This document shows, piece after piece, positions 48,316 through 57,546 of a stretch of 64,000 bases of DNA (the stretch's first letter is position 1; each line of letters begins with the position of its first letter). Made by a program: the position numbers and the translations under genes. The stretch lies in assembly GCA_964538235.1 (NCBI GenBank), contig CAZIFJ010000001.1:31348-95347 (forward strand), in the 5' to 3' direction. The notes beneath the pieces were generated by a model, which ran no database searches, was not told the DNA's origin, and saw only the letters and a list, made by a program, of their open reading frames with translations. Origin of the DNA: Candidatus Woesearchaeota archaeon (GTDB lineage Archaea; Nanobdellota; Nanobdellia; Pacearchaeales; GW2011-AR1).

Positions 48316-48600
48316 ATGAAAATTTTAAAAAATAAATCCTCTGCAAGAATAAAAAAAAGATATTTGCTGATTGAAGGAGAAAGGAAAGATATTGAAGAAA
48401 CAATTTTAGATTACATTGGAATTTTAGGTTGGGCAAAAGCTTCACCATTTTTTTTAAATATAAAAGAAAAAAACAAAATAATTTTGGCAATAGATAGAAA
48501 AGAACTTGTAAATATCCGCGCTTCATTTGCTATTTCTAATAAACCAATTAGAATTTTAAGAGTTTCAGGAACATTAAAAGGACTAGATAGAAACCTTTAA
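48316..48600 (+). CDS. RNase P protein component Pop5 (aRpp14)
   Basis: KKRYLLIEGE...LVNIRASFAIS...IRILRVSGTLKGLDRNL matches archaeal Pop5 RRYIAFEI...LGVSGTIKKAKRKFL. Confidence 0.65.
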   Translation: MKILKNKSSARIKKRYLLIEGERKDIEETILDYIGILGWAKASPFFLNIKEKNKIILAIDRKELVNIRASFAISNKPIRILRVSGTLKGLDRNL

Positions 48601-48624
48601 TTATTCGTTTAAACTTTTTCTAAA

Positions 48625-49119
48625 ATGAAAAAAAGAGGAGCAATTGAGATTTCTTTTGGAATGATTTTTTCAATCATCATAATCGCCTTTTTAATTTCTG
48701 TCGCAGTTTATATTATTTACACTTTTATGGGCCTGGGAAAATGCACTGAAATTGGTTTATTTTATCAAGAATTACAAAAATCAGTTGACAAAGCTTGGAG
48801 CTCTGATAAAACGCAGAAACCATTTGAAATAAAAGTTACAAAAGGAATAGAAAAAGTTTGCTTTGGAAATCTATCTTTATCTTCAAGTTCAGAATCAAAA
48901 AAAATTCAAGATGAATTAAAAAAAGAAGTTGTCAATGCAAAAAACTCAAATGTTTTTTTATATCCTACAAAAAAAGCCTGCGATTCTCAAGCAGTTCACT
49001 ACAAAATTTCTCGCTCAATAACAGACAATTTCTTTTGTGTTGACATTAATTCTGGAAAATCACAAGTTATTTTATCTAAAGAAATAACAGATTCATTGGT
49101 TAAAATAAAAAATGATTAA
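48625..49119 (+). CDS. Class III signal peptide (pilin-like) protein
   Basis: MKKRGAIEISFGMIFSIIIIAFLISV. Confidence 0.65.
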   Translation: MKKRGAIEISFGMIFSIIIIAFLISVAVYIIYTFMGLGKCTEIGLFYQELQKSVDKAWSSDKTQKPFEIKVTKGIEKVCFGNLSLSSSSESKKIQDELKKEVVNAKNSNVFLYPTKKACDSQAVHYKISRSITDNFFCVDINSGKSQVILSKEITDSLVKIKND

Positions 49120-50047
49120 AAATAAAAAAGCTCTTGAATTTAGTTTTGCCTGGATGTTTTCTTTAATTGTTGGTGCAGCGATTTTGTTTTTTGCTATATT
49201 TTTTTCTTCTTCCTTAATAAAAAACGAAAGAACTATTTATGATTCTCAATCAGCAAAGGAATTTGGAATTTTATTGAATCCAATTGAAACTGGAATTGAA
49301 TCTGGATATTCTACAAAGATATCTTTTCCACAAGAGTCAAGAATTTTTAATGACTGCGATTCTTTTGGAGCTTTCGGAAAACAAAAAATCTCAGTTTCAA
49401 CAAAATCTGGATTTGGTGAAAAATGGCAGGAGCAAGGAGTTCCAAGCTTTTTTTCTAATAAATATTTATTTTCTGAAAAATATTCAGAAGGAAAGGATTT
49501 TTTTGTTTTTTCAAAATCGTTTGAGTTTCCATTTAAGGTAGCAGACGCGATTTTTCTTTTAACTGACAAGGAAAAATATTGTTTTATAAATTCTCCGACA
49601 GAAATATCTGAAGAATTAAATTCTTTAAATATAAAAAATATTGAAGCAAAATCTTCAATTTCTGAGTGTTCAAAAAACTCAAAAAAAGTTTGTTTTGCTA
49701 GTTCAGGCTGCGAGGTTGATGTTTCTATAAATTCAAAAAGCGTTTCAAAAAAAGGAAAAATAGTTTATTATGAAGATTCTTTAATTTACGGAGCGATTTT
49801 TTCAAGCCCTGAAATTTACGAATGTCAAGTAAAAAGATTATTATCCAGAGCTTCTCAGCTTTCAGATTTGTATCTTGAAAAATCTAAATTGCTTGCTTCA
49901 AAAGGTTGCAATTCAAATCTTGAGCCAGAATTGATTGCTTTTTCAAATTCAACAAAAATAAAAAATTCTAATGAGCTTAGAAAATTAGTTCTTTTATCAG
50001 ATGCTCTTAAAAGGAGGAATGATGATGTTTCTTGTCAAATATTCTAA
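49112..50047 (+). CDS. Class III signal peptide (pilin-like) protein
   Basis: MIKNKKALEFSFAWMFSLIVGAAILFFAI. Confidence 0.6.
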   Translation: MIKNKKALEFSFAWMFSLIVGAAILFFAIFFSSSLIKNERTIYDSQSAKEFGILLNPIETGIESGYSTKISFPQESRIFNDCDSFGAFGKQKISVSTKSGFGEKWQEQGVPSFFSNKYLFSEKYSEGKDFFVFSKSFEFPFKVADAIFLLTDKEKYCFINSPTEISEELNSLNIKNIEAKSSISECSKNSKKVCFASSGCEVDVSINSKSVSKKGKIVYYEDSLIYGAIFSSPEIYECQVKRLLSRASQLSDLYLEKSKLLASKGCNSNLEPELIAFSNSTKIKNSNELRKLVLLSDALKRRNDDVSCQIF

Positions 50048-50534
50048 AGCCCAGATAAAAATTCAAGAGATGGCTTTCGTTTTAATTGCAATAATGGTTT
50101 TTTTCGCAATAGTATTTTTATTTTTTCTTTCTATAAGATTCAAGCAAGTTGAAGACTCTGTTTTATCTCAAAGACAGGACGAAGCTCAAGAAATAGTCAG
50201 AAAAATTGCCTCAACACCAGAGTTTAATTTAAAAAAATCTTCTTGCTCTGTTTGTTTGGATCTAGATAAAATTATAGCTTTGAAAGATAAAAAAACTTAT
50301 CAAGAATTCTGGAATCTTAATTATTTAGCAATAGAAAAAATATATCCAGTTTCAGAAGGAGAATGCACGAAAATTAGTTATCCTGACTGCAAAACAATCA
50401 CTTTAGTTAATTCAACTAAAAACATCGGTTCTTTGAAATCTTCCTTTGTTGCTTTATGTTATTTAGACACGTCTGAATTTTATCACAAATGCGAATTGGG
50501 AAAAATTTATGCTTCAGGGAGAGGTTTAGAATGA
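50025..50534 (+). CDS. Class III signal peptide (pilin-like) protein
   Basis: MFLVKYSKAQIKIQEMAFVLIAIMVFFAIVF. The ORF-track start is 24 nt upstream. Confidence 0.55.
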   Translation: MFLVKYSKAQIKIQEMAFVLIAIMVFFAIVFLFFLSIRFKQVEDSVLSQRQDEAQEIVRKIASTPEFNLKKSSCSVCLDLDKIIALKDKKTYQEFWNLNYLAIEKIYPVSEGECTKISYPDCKTITLVNSTKNIGSLKSSFVALCYLDTSEFYHKCELGKIYASGRGLE

Positions 50535-51016
50535 AAAAAAGAGGACAGGAGGAAATCGTAGGGTTTGTTTTGATTTTCGTAATTATTGCTGTTGTTTTTG
50601 TTATTTTTCTTAGTTTGTCTATTAGAAAACCCGAATCTGTTAATAAGCAGAATTCAAAAGACATTTTGCAATTTTTAGAGAGTTCTTTGGTTTATACAAC
50701 CAATTGTCAATTAAACGCTGAATATCTATCAATTCAAAATTTAATTGCTCAATGCGTTGAGAGTTCCCAAGAGTGCTCCTCAGGAAAAACCTCTTGTGAG
50801 GTTTTAAAAGAATCCTTAAATTCGTTAATAGAATCTTCTTTTAAAATGGGGGAAGATAGGCCAATTAAGGGCTATATTTATGAAGTCTATCAAAAAAATA
50901 ATCTTTCTTCACAATCAATTCTAAACATAACAAAAGGCGGCTGTTCAAAAGAACTTTACGGCTCAACTTATCCTATTCCAAATGGTCTAAAAACCTCTTT
51001 AACACTTTGCTATTAA
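50531..51016 (+). CDS. Class III signal peptide (pilin-like) protein
   Basis: MKKRGQEEIVGFVLIFVIIAVVFVIFL. It overlaps the previous stop as ATGA. Confidence 0.65.
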   Translation: MKKRGQEEIVGFVLIFVIIAVVFVIFLSLSIRKPESVNKQNSKDILQFLESSLVYTTNCQLNAEYLSIQNLIAQCVESSQECSSGKTSCEVLKESLNSLIESSFKMGEDRPIKGYIYEVYQKNNLSSQSILNITKGGCSKELYGSTYPIPNGLKTSLTLCY

Positions 51017-51146
51017 GCCACAAAACCTATTGTTTTGTGACCACCGAGAAAACTTCAAATCTTATAGAGTTGAATGTATCAGAGATTTTAATCTCTGAGT
51101 CCGCGACATATAAAGCACAGAGCAAAGTCCGCGGATTTAACGAGTG
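51017..51146. terminator. Convergent intergenic region with three stable hairpins (possible bidirectional terminator or small RNA)
   Basis: The stems are CACAAAAC/GTTTTGTG, AGAGAT/ATCTCT and GTCCGCG/CGCGGAC. The region lies between two convergent gene ends. Confidence 0.3.
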
Positions 51147-51506
51147 TTAAATTTTAAGAGAGATATTTAGTTTATCAACATTTAAAATCGGCTTTATTGA
51201 ATCTCTTTTGCCTTTTTTTTCAGAAATTAAATCTAATAATTCAAAATTTTCTAAAGTTTTTACATCAGTTATAACTGCTTTGAAATCTCTTTCCAAAATC
51301 TTGGCTAATTGATATATTGATTTAGGTTTTTGGTATTTTATTGCATGTAATATCCTAATTTTTTCATTGCTTAACATGTTCCTTGCCTTTTCTAATCCAG
51401 AAAAATCATAATCATTCTTTTTCATAGAGCTCTTTCTAAAGAAGGGAGTAAATTTGCTAATTTTTTCTTCAATATCTATCTCAAAAATTTTTACTTTTTT
51501 AGCCAT
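51147..51506 (-). CDS. Putative HTH-containing small regulator
   Basis: 119 aa. The LSNEKIRILHAIKYQKPKSIYQLAKILERDFKAVITDVKTLENFELLDLI segment is winged-helix-like. Confidence 0.4.
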   Translation of the reverse strand: MAKKVKIFEIDIEEKISKFTPFFRKSSMKKNDYDFSGLEKARNMLSNEKIRILHAIKYQKPKSIYQLAKILERDFKAVITDVKTLENFELLDLISEKKGKRDSIKPILNVDKLNISLKI

Positions 51507-51550
51507 ACGACGTTATTTTCTAATTTTTTATTATAATTTATAATAAAAAT

Positions 51551-51603
51551 AAGTATATATATGTTTCTATTTAACATATATGTTATTTTATAACATATAT
51601 TAC
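51551..51603. promoter_or_regulatory. Cluster of ATATATGTT / AACATATAT palindromic motifs
   Basis: AACATATATGTT is a perfect 12-bp palindrome at 51573-51584, with two flanking half-site copies. It lies 45–100 bp upstream of the minus-strand regulator start and about 270 bp upstream of the S-layer-like gene. Confidence 0.3.
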
Positions 51604-51875
51604 AAAAAATGTAGATAAATAGTTCTCTTATTTATTAAAAAATTTTTAAATAGTAACATAAGATTTATAAACAAACATAATAGTTTAAGGTTTATTACTA
51701 CAATTTAATTAATTTTAAGCGAAAGCTTTTTAAAGCGTTTTTCATATGTTTAATTATCTCTTTATGTAGAGTAAGCATGGTATGAGAATACCATCTTGGC
51801 GGGCTTCAATGCCTCCTCAAAGAGGGATCTTATGATTGCCAATCTTACAAAGCTGAAAGGGGGTTGAAAAAAAGA

Positions 51876-54515
51876 ATGAATTTTAATTTTAGAAAAATCG
51901 TATCTGCTTTAACAAGCACTGCATTAATCGGCTCGACAGTTGCATTGGCAGCTGCAGCAAACGTACCAGCACCCTTCGTTAAGGGTGGCGCTGCTGACGT
52001 TGCTGTTGTCTATGGCTCAACCGCAGCTTCATCCGACTTTGTGGCAGTAGCTGATATTCAAAGCTACCTACAAGCAGAACTTGCTAAACAGACAGCGACA
52101 GGAAGTACAAGTAGCTCGGGTGCTACTGCAACAGGAGGAGATTTTATTAATCTTGCAACAACAAGCCAAAAATTATTTATGAATAGTAGCTTGAATGCTG
52201 CTAGAACAGTTCTTACAAGTTCAGAATTACCTACGCTATTAGCCGACGGTACTGCAACTGATCTTACAGGAACTTCTTATAAGTACACTCAAAAAATAAC
52301 TACTCCTGCAACAGCAATCGCATTTAGTAAAAGTGGAGAAAGCATTGATCCTACTCCTATTTTAGATGTAGGAACAACAGGGCAAACAACACCCGTCCTT
52401 AACTATACATTTACTTTAGTAAAAAACATTAATGTATCAGATACAACAAATGTCATTGGAACATCAACATTTAAGATTCTTGGTCAAGACTTCATTGTAG
52501 GAGCTAGTTCTACAGCAACGAATCTTTATCTATATGGAAGTGGTCAAAAACTTAATATTGATGAAGGAGTTGAAACAGAGTTTACATATAATGATACAGA
52601 ACATAAAGTTCTATTTAGAGGTGCAACATCATCAACAGCAGGAACAATTGTAGTTGATGGGGTTTCAAAATCCGTTACAAAGGGATCAAGTTATAAATTT
52701 CCTGGGGAGTATGAAATATATATAAAAGATATTTATTATACCACAAAAACAGGAACATTATCAAACATTGATTTACTTGTTGGTGCGAAATCACTTCATA
52801 TAACAAATGCTTCAGCAGTTAGACAAGGAGCAGATGATACAAGTCTTACAGGAACGTATGGTCTTATCTATTCTGGATCAGACACTACTGCTTTAAGCTC
52901 ATTTACAATAACACAGTCATATAAAGACGCAACTGGAGACTATGTTAAAGTTGGAGATTCTTTTGTTGATAGAGTGTTTGGAGGAGCTCTTAAAGTTCAA
53001 TTTGGAGGTTTATCACCAGCTTTAGACGATGCATCAAGAGACATTGTTAAAGTTGATACTGATAATAACATAGGTGCGAGAGTTGCTTTCACACCAGATG
53101 TTAATTCCGCAAAGGGTCCTTACACATTTACTTTTGCGCAAGATGGTGATCGTTCATCAGATAGCGCACTAACAAGAGTAATTCTTGCTGACTCTAATAA
53201 CTACACTATTCACGTTCAAGAAGGTGAGGCTATTAATATCAGTGAGAAAGTAATTATTAATGCTGGAGACAAAGGAAGAATCTTACGTCTTGACTCTATT
53301 GGCGACCAAACTTCAACAACTTCAAAAACAACTTTCCAAGATGTTATTTCTGGAGAAAGTTTTGAGTTTTCAACAGGAATTGCTAACACAAGTTCAAGAA
53401 CAATTGATGGACAGACTTACTATGCTCAAACAAGTGGCTCAACAAGTGGTTCTGTTAATATCACTTGGGGAGCAGGAGCTGCAGCAGGTAATCCAGGAAC
53501 ACAAAAAACACTTTTCCCACGTATTAAGCTGAAAAATGGACAATGGCTATCAATTTTAACAAGTACATTAGTAGAGAACCTTACTACTTATTCGTTGCCA
53601 GGAGTTGATTCCTTAACAACATATGAATCAGGAAGTAGGTTGACTATTGGTAACCTTAATGCATCCATTATAACAAATTCTACAACTATTGGGAAATTGG
53701 TTTACAATTATACACAAGTAAATGGTACTTCACCTAATGGTAATAATATGAATGGTACTTTAAACGCATTATCATTCGGAGGTACAAATTGTAACTTCAA
53801 CGTTACACTTGGACCAGCTATTCTTCTTCAAGAAGAAAAGACTATAACAGGAAGCGCTTCAACAAATGGAGAGTATATTTGTATTCCTCTTTCAACAGAG
53901 GGAACAAGTACAGTACAACCAGCTATTGGAACTCCATTATGGTCTGATGGTACAAATCTGAATTCAAGAGCACTTACATCTTCAAATACTAAATCTCAAG
54001 CAGTTGACGTATTCGGAACATTACTTGAGAGAGATACAGCAAGTAATAATGAAGTTACTATAAAGTATCCTCAAGATCAGATGTATGCTGATGTATTATT
54101 TACCGCTACTGGAGCAGTAGTTGAGGGAGGAAGTTCCTCATCTGGAACAGTCGTAGAACTTGGAAGCGTTAGCGTTTCTGATTCTGAGGCATCCTCAGTT
54201 TCTACTAAGAACTTAATTATTGTTGGTGGAAGTTGTGTAAACACTGTTGCTGCTGAATTACTTGGCGGAGCAGGTTGCGGAGCAAGCTTTACTGAAGCAA
54301 GCGGAGTAGGAGACAACGAATTCCTTATCGAGACTTTCTCAAGAACCGGAGGAAAAGTTGCTACACTAGTCGCTGGCTTTAATGCTGCTGATACAACTAA
54401 TGCTGCTAAATACTTCATGAAACAGCCTGTTGATACAATGGTTGGAAAGAAATACAAGGGAACAAGCGCAACAAGCGCAGAACTTGTAACTACAACTACT
54501 AATTCGACAGCTTAA
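51876..54515 (+). CDS. S-layer-like major surface protein
   Basis: There is a signal peptide. The protein is Thr/Ser/Gly/Ala-rich and Cys-poor. Codon usage is GC-shifted relative to neighbours. A strong AAGGGGG RBS lies 12 nt before the ATG at 51876. It is followed by a hairpin plus T-tracts. Confidence 0.6.
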   Translation: MNFNFRKIVSALTSTALIGSTVALAAAANVPAPFVKGGAADVAVVYGSTAASSDFVAVADIQSYLQAELAKQTATGSTSSSGATATGGDFINLATTSQKLFMNSSLNAARTVLTSSELPTLLADGTATDLTGTSYKYTQKITTPATAIAFSKSGESIDPTPILDVGTTGQTTPVLNYTFTLVKNINVSDTTNVIGTSTFKILGQDFIVGASSTATNLYLYGSGQKLNIDEGVETEFTYNDTEHKVLFRGATSSTAGTIVVDGVSKSVTKGSSYKFPGEYEIYIKDIYYTTKTGTLSNIDLLVGAKSLHITNASAVRQGADDTSLTGTYGLIYSGSDTTALSSFTITQSYKDATGDYVKVGDSFVDRVFGGALKVQFGGLSPALDDASRDIVKVDTDNNIGARVAFTPDVNSAKGPYTFTFAQDGDRSSDSALTRVILADSNNYTIHVQEGEAINISEKVIINAGDKGRILRLDSIGDQTSTTSKTTFQDVISGESFEFSTGIANTSSRTIDGQTYYAQTSGSTSGSVNITWGAGAAAGNPGTQKTLFPRIKLKNGQWLSILTSTLVENLTTYSLPGVDSLTTYESGSRLTIGNLNASIITNSTTIGKLVYNYTQVNGTSPNGNNMNGTLNALSFGGTNCNFNVTLGPAILLQEEKTITGSASTNGEYICIPLSTEGTSTVQPAIGTPLWSDGTNLNSRALTSSNTKSQAVDVFGTLLERDTASNNEVTIKYPQDQMYADVLFTATGAVVEGGSSSSGTVVELGSVSVSDSEASSVSTKNLIIVGGSCVNTVAAELLGGAGCGASFTEASGVGDNEFLIETFSRTGGKVATLVAGFNAADTTNAAKYFMKQPVDTMVGKKYKGTSATSAELVTTTTNSTA

Positions 54516-54520
54516 AAAAA

Positions 54521-54575
54521 CAAGGGAATAATTTTATTTTTTCTTTTTCCCTTATTTTATTTTTTCTTTTTGTAA
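54521..54575 (+). terminator. Hairpin (AAGGGAA...TTCCCTT) plus T-tracts downstream of the S-layer-like gene
   Basis: CAAGGGAATAATTTTATTTTTTCTTTTTCCCTTATTTTATTTTTTCTTTTTG. Confidence 0.45.
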
Positions 54576-54651
54576 TAAAAAATTGTGTATGAAAACGCGC
54601 CCAAAAAACTCTAATTCTATAAATTTTTAAATCATCAATTTCTTTTATATT

Positions 54652-55197
54652 ATGAAAAAACTTATGTCTCAGGAAGAAATTGAAAAAAAACAAAAACGTT
54701 TGACTTCAATATCAAGTATAGTTTTACTTTTAATTTTAGTTATTAGCACAATAGGTTTTGCATTCATTTCAAATCCATTTATATCTAATGAAAAAGAAAT
54801 TCCAGAAAAAAAAGTTTATGAAAACAATGGCTTTTGGTCTTTCAAATTCGGAAATCAAGAAATTTCTTTAATCTCTTCTCCAGAATCACTTTCAGATATT
54901 CAATTAAATTTTTCCTTAACTTTAAATGATTATTACAATCAGCCATTATACATTGATTCGTCAGACGAATTAATAACAAGAGAAATTGGTTCATCTTTAG
55001 GTTTATACACAACAAGAGCTCAAGAAGCCTGTTTTGGAGAATGTGAAAGAAACCTCCCAGAAAAAAATTGCTCATCTAATTTAATCATCTTCAAAGATAA
55101 AAATCAAAGTTTAGTTTATCAACAAGATAAATGTATTTTTATTGAAGGAGACATAAAATCCACTGACGCATTTTTATACAGATTATTTGGAATATAG
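54652..55197 (+). CDS. Hypothetical membrane-anchored secreted protein
   Basis: 181 aa with an N-terminal TM segment. Confidence 0.45.
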   Translation: MKKLMSQEEIEKKQKRLTSISSIVLLLILVISTIGFAFISNPFISNEKEIPEKKVYENNGFWSFKFGNQEISLISSPESLSDIQLNFSLTLNDYYNQPLYIDSSDELITREIGSSLGLYTTRAQEACFGECERNLPEKNCSSNLIIFKDKNQSLVYQQDKCIFIEGDIKSTDAFLYRLFGI

Positions 55198-55220
55198 TCA
55201 ACCAATTAAATTCTTTGGCT

Positions 55221-55332
55221 AGTTGACTACTTCAAAAACCTTCTCGTAGTAGGTTTTTGAGGCTCTCAAGAACCGTGGTTCTTGACGTTAGCGGACCAAA
55301 AACAGCTGAAAGATTTATTTGGTCTGCTATAC
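55221..55332 (+). ncRNA. Structured RNA candidate, family 2 copy 2
   Basis: The 5' 45 nt and GTTAGCGGA...GGTCTGCTATA are conserved with copy 1. Hairpin 2 is TCAAGAACC/GGTTCTTGA and hairpin 3 is ACCAAA/TTTGGT, both compensatory versus copy 1. Confidence 0.55.
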
Positions 55333-55439
55333 AATAATTATCTTTACGTTCACGCGCTTTTCAAAAAACTAATAATGTCATCGAAGAAAAATATTTTCCT
55401 AAATAGAAATATTTAAAAGATAAAGCTCCATTTTTTAAT

Positions 55440-56132
55440 ATGATAAAAAAGAAAATCACTAAAAAAAACCCAGAAGAAAAAAAAGAAATTTCAATAAATT
55501 CAAAATCACAAGATAAAGAATTAAAAATAATTATAATTTCAATGATTGGATTAATTGCAATTTTCCTTTTAACAGCATGGTTTTTTGACAGCTTGAAAGA
55601 TTTTGAATATCAAGGATTAAAATTCACGAAAGAAAGATTCGGAGAAATTCCAGTTTTTCATTACACTTATTCTTATAAAAATTTAGAAGGAAGTTTAATA
55701 AAATACAATTTATATTTAAGAAAAGACCCAAGAAAAAACAATGTTCCAGTTGAAGGAGAAATTGTCTTTCCTATTGGAGGATATGTTTATATGACTATAA
55801 ATTCAACAGGATTATTGCAATGCGAAAACGCTTTAAGAGATTATGCGGGCTTAGCTTCTTTCTTATCAGATAATTCTCTTCCTATAAAAAGCGCAACAGT
55901 AGACAAAGCAGAAGCTGAAGCAAACAATCAAGATTTCGCAGACTGCTCAACATATCCTGAAAATGTAGTTATATTAACAAGCGCAGGCAGCGAAACAAAA
56001 ATACTAAAAGAAAATATGTGTTATAAAATCACAATAAACAATTGCGAATTTTTAGATGCAATGGAAAAATTCAAAGTCCAAGCAGCAATTGACGCAAGAG
56101 CCCGCGCGAGACAAAGCTCTTTTCCTAAATAA
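55440..56132 (+). CDS. Hypothetical membrane-anchored protein
   Basis: 230 aa with an N-terminal TM segment. Confidence 0.45.
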   Translation: MIKKKITKKNPEEKKEISINSKSQDKELKIIIISMIGLIAIFLLTAWFFDSLKDFEYQGLKFTKERFGEIPVFHYTYSYKNLEGSLIKYNLYLRKDPRKNNVPVEGEIVFPIGGYVYMTINSTGLLQCENALRDYAGLASFLSDNSLPIKSATVDKAEAEANNQDFADCSTYPENVVILTSAGSETKILKENMCYKITINNCEFLDAMEKFKVQAAIDARARARQSSFPK

Positions 56133-56167
56133 GCAAAATTTAAAAAATCAATTTCAGTTACTATTAA

Positions 56168-56791
56168 ATGAATTCTCTAAGTCAAATTTTTAGCGCAATA
56201 ATTCATTTGGATTCTTATTTAACTTCAATAGTTCAGCAATACGGAATTTGGACTTATCCTATTTTATTTGTAATTATTTTTCTAGAAACAGGTTTAGTAA
56301 TAACCCCTTTTCTTCCAGGCGATTCTTTGCTTTTTGCAGCCGGAGCCATTTCAGCGATAGGAAATCTAAATGTTTTTTTATTGTTAATTTTACTTATTTT
56401 TGCCGCGATAATAGGAGACACAATTAATTATTGGATTGGTTTTCATATAGGTAAAAAAGTTTTTATTGAAAGAAAATTAATTAATATAAAATATTTACAA
56501 AGAGCAGAAATTTTCTATGAAAGAAACGGCGCCAAAACAATTTTCCTCGCTCGTTTTATTCCATTTATAAGAACCTTTGCACCTTTTGTCGCAGGCATAG
56601 GAAAAATGCGCTATTCAATATTTTTATTTTATAATATATCTGGTGCAATTATTTGGGTTGCTCTTTTTGTTTTGTCAGGATACTTTTTAGGAAATGTTTC
56701 AATAGTTAAAGAAAATTTCTCAATTTTAATTATTATCATAATTTTCTTTTCTTTAATCCCTTTACTAATTGAATTCTTTAAGAAAAAATAA
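56168..56791 (+). CDS. DedA-family membrane protein
   Basis: PFLPGDSLLFAAGA and the re-entrant helices fit the DedA/SNARE-associated family. Confidence 0.75.
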   Translation: MNSLSQIFSAIIHLDSYLTSIVQQYGIWTYPILFVIIFLETGLVITPFLPGDSLLFAAGAISAIGNLNVFLLLILLIFAAIIGDTINYWIGFHIGKKVFIERKLINIKYLQRAEIFYERNGAKTIFLARFIPFIRTFAPFVAGIGKMRYSIFLFYNISGAIIWVALFVLSGYFLGNVSIVKENFSILIIIIIFFSLIPLLIEFFKKK

Positions 56792-56795
56792 TTAT

Positions 56796-56884
56796 GTCAA
56801 GGAACTTGACTCCTTGAGCATCCAAAAAACAAGCGCCGAACAAACCACGGCTTTTAAGCCGTGGTGGTGCATTGTTTTTTTGAT
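56796..56884 (+). repeat. GC-rich composite hairpin element, copy 3 (short A-variant hairpin + B + T7)
   Basis: GTCAAGGAACTTGACTCCTTGAGCA is an A-variant with the same GTCA..TGAGCA flanks. The B hairpin then has GCGCC/GGTGC, the G·U intermediate. It is in the same orientation as copies 1 and 2. Confidence 0.75.
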
Positions 56885-57402
56885 CTTTTTATTTCTCTCC
56901 AAATATTTTTAAAATCACTATAAACAGGAATTTCTTTTATTTTAAATAAATAAACATTTCCAAACCAAACACATATAACTAAAATCGTGCTTATAACATA
57001 CCAAAATACTTTATGTGTAATGTCAAAATATTCAAAGCCATTAATCAGCAAAATAGAAAAAATAATTATTCTAATTATATTAAGTAAGAAAAATCCCCCA
57101 ATAATAAATAATAAACTATTAATTCTTTTTCTAATTTTCATAGGTGTTGTCAAATTTAAAATTAACAATAAATAATATGCCGCCCCTGCAACACATGCCT
57201 CAACTATTTCAATTGAATAATCTTTGATAATTAATGTAACAGTTTCTTTTACAATTTCAACATTATAAAACAGCTCTAAAATAAAATAAGAAACATATAA
57301 AGTCAATGGCTCAAAAATTAAATAAATAAAATAAAGACTATTTATTCCTAAAATTAAAGCAAAAAGATATCTTAAAAAAATAAATAAAAATTTATTATTC
57401 AT
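56854..57402 (-). CDS. Polytopic membrane protein; last 9 codons read through the hairpin repeat
   Basis: 182 aa with about 5 TM helices. The C-terminal RSKKQCTTTA is encoded by the reverse complement of repeat copy 3. A weak exosortase/archaeosortase-like idea is not supported. Confidence 0.45.
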   Translation of the reverse strand: MNNKFLFIFLRYLFALILGINSLYFIYLIFEPLTLYVSYFILELFYNVEIVKETVTLIIKDYSIEIVEACVAGAAYYLLLILNLTTPMKIRKRINSLLFIIGGFFLLNIIRIIIFSILLINGFEYFDITHKVFWYVISTILVICVWFGNVYLFKIKEIPVYSDFKNIWREIKRSKKQCTTTA

Positions 57403-57546
57403 TAAGAAACTAATTAATTAGGTTTTAAAAACTTAAGCAGTTAAACACTAATAAATTTATATAGGCTTAGATTTTATTCTAATTATGAGCGATGCATTTT
57501 AGAATATTTGCAACCCTATCTTTTAAAGAAATATTTTTACTCATTT

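Noticed and set aside
51017-51146. Possible tRNA in the convergent spacer
   Set aside because: No acceptor-stem pairing or T-loop consensus was found. There are only three independent hairpins.
56854-57402. Archaeosortase/exosortase assignment
   Set aside because: Only a single EACVAG Cys motif is present and the length is too short. I kept it as a generic membrane protein.
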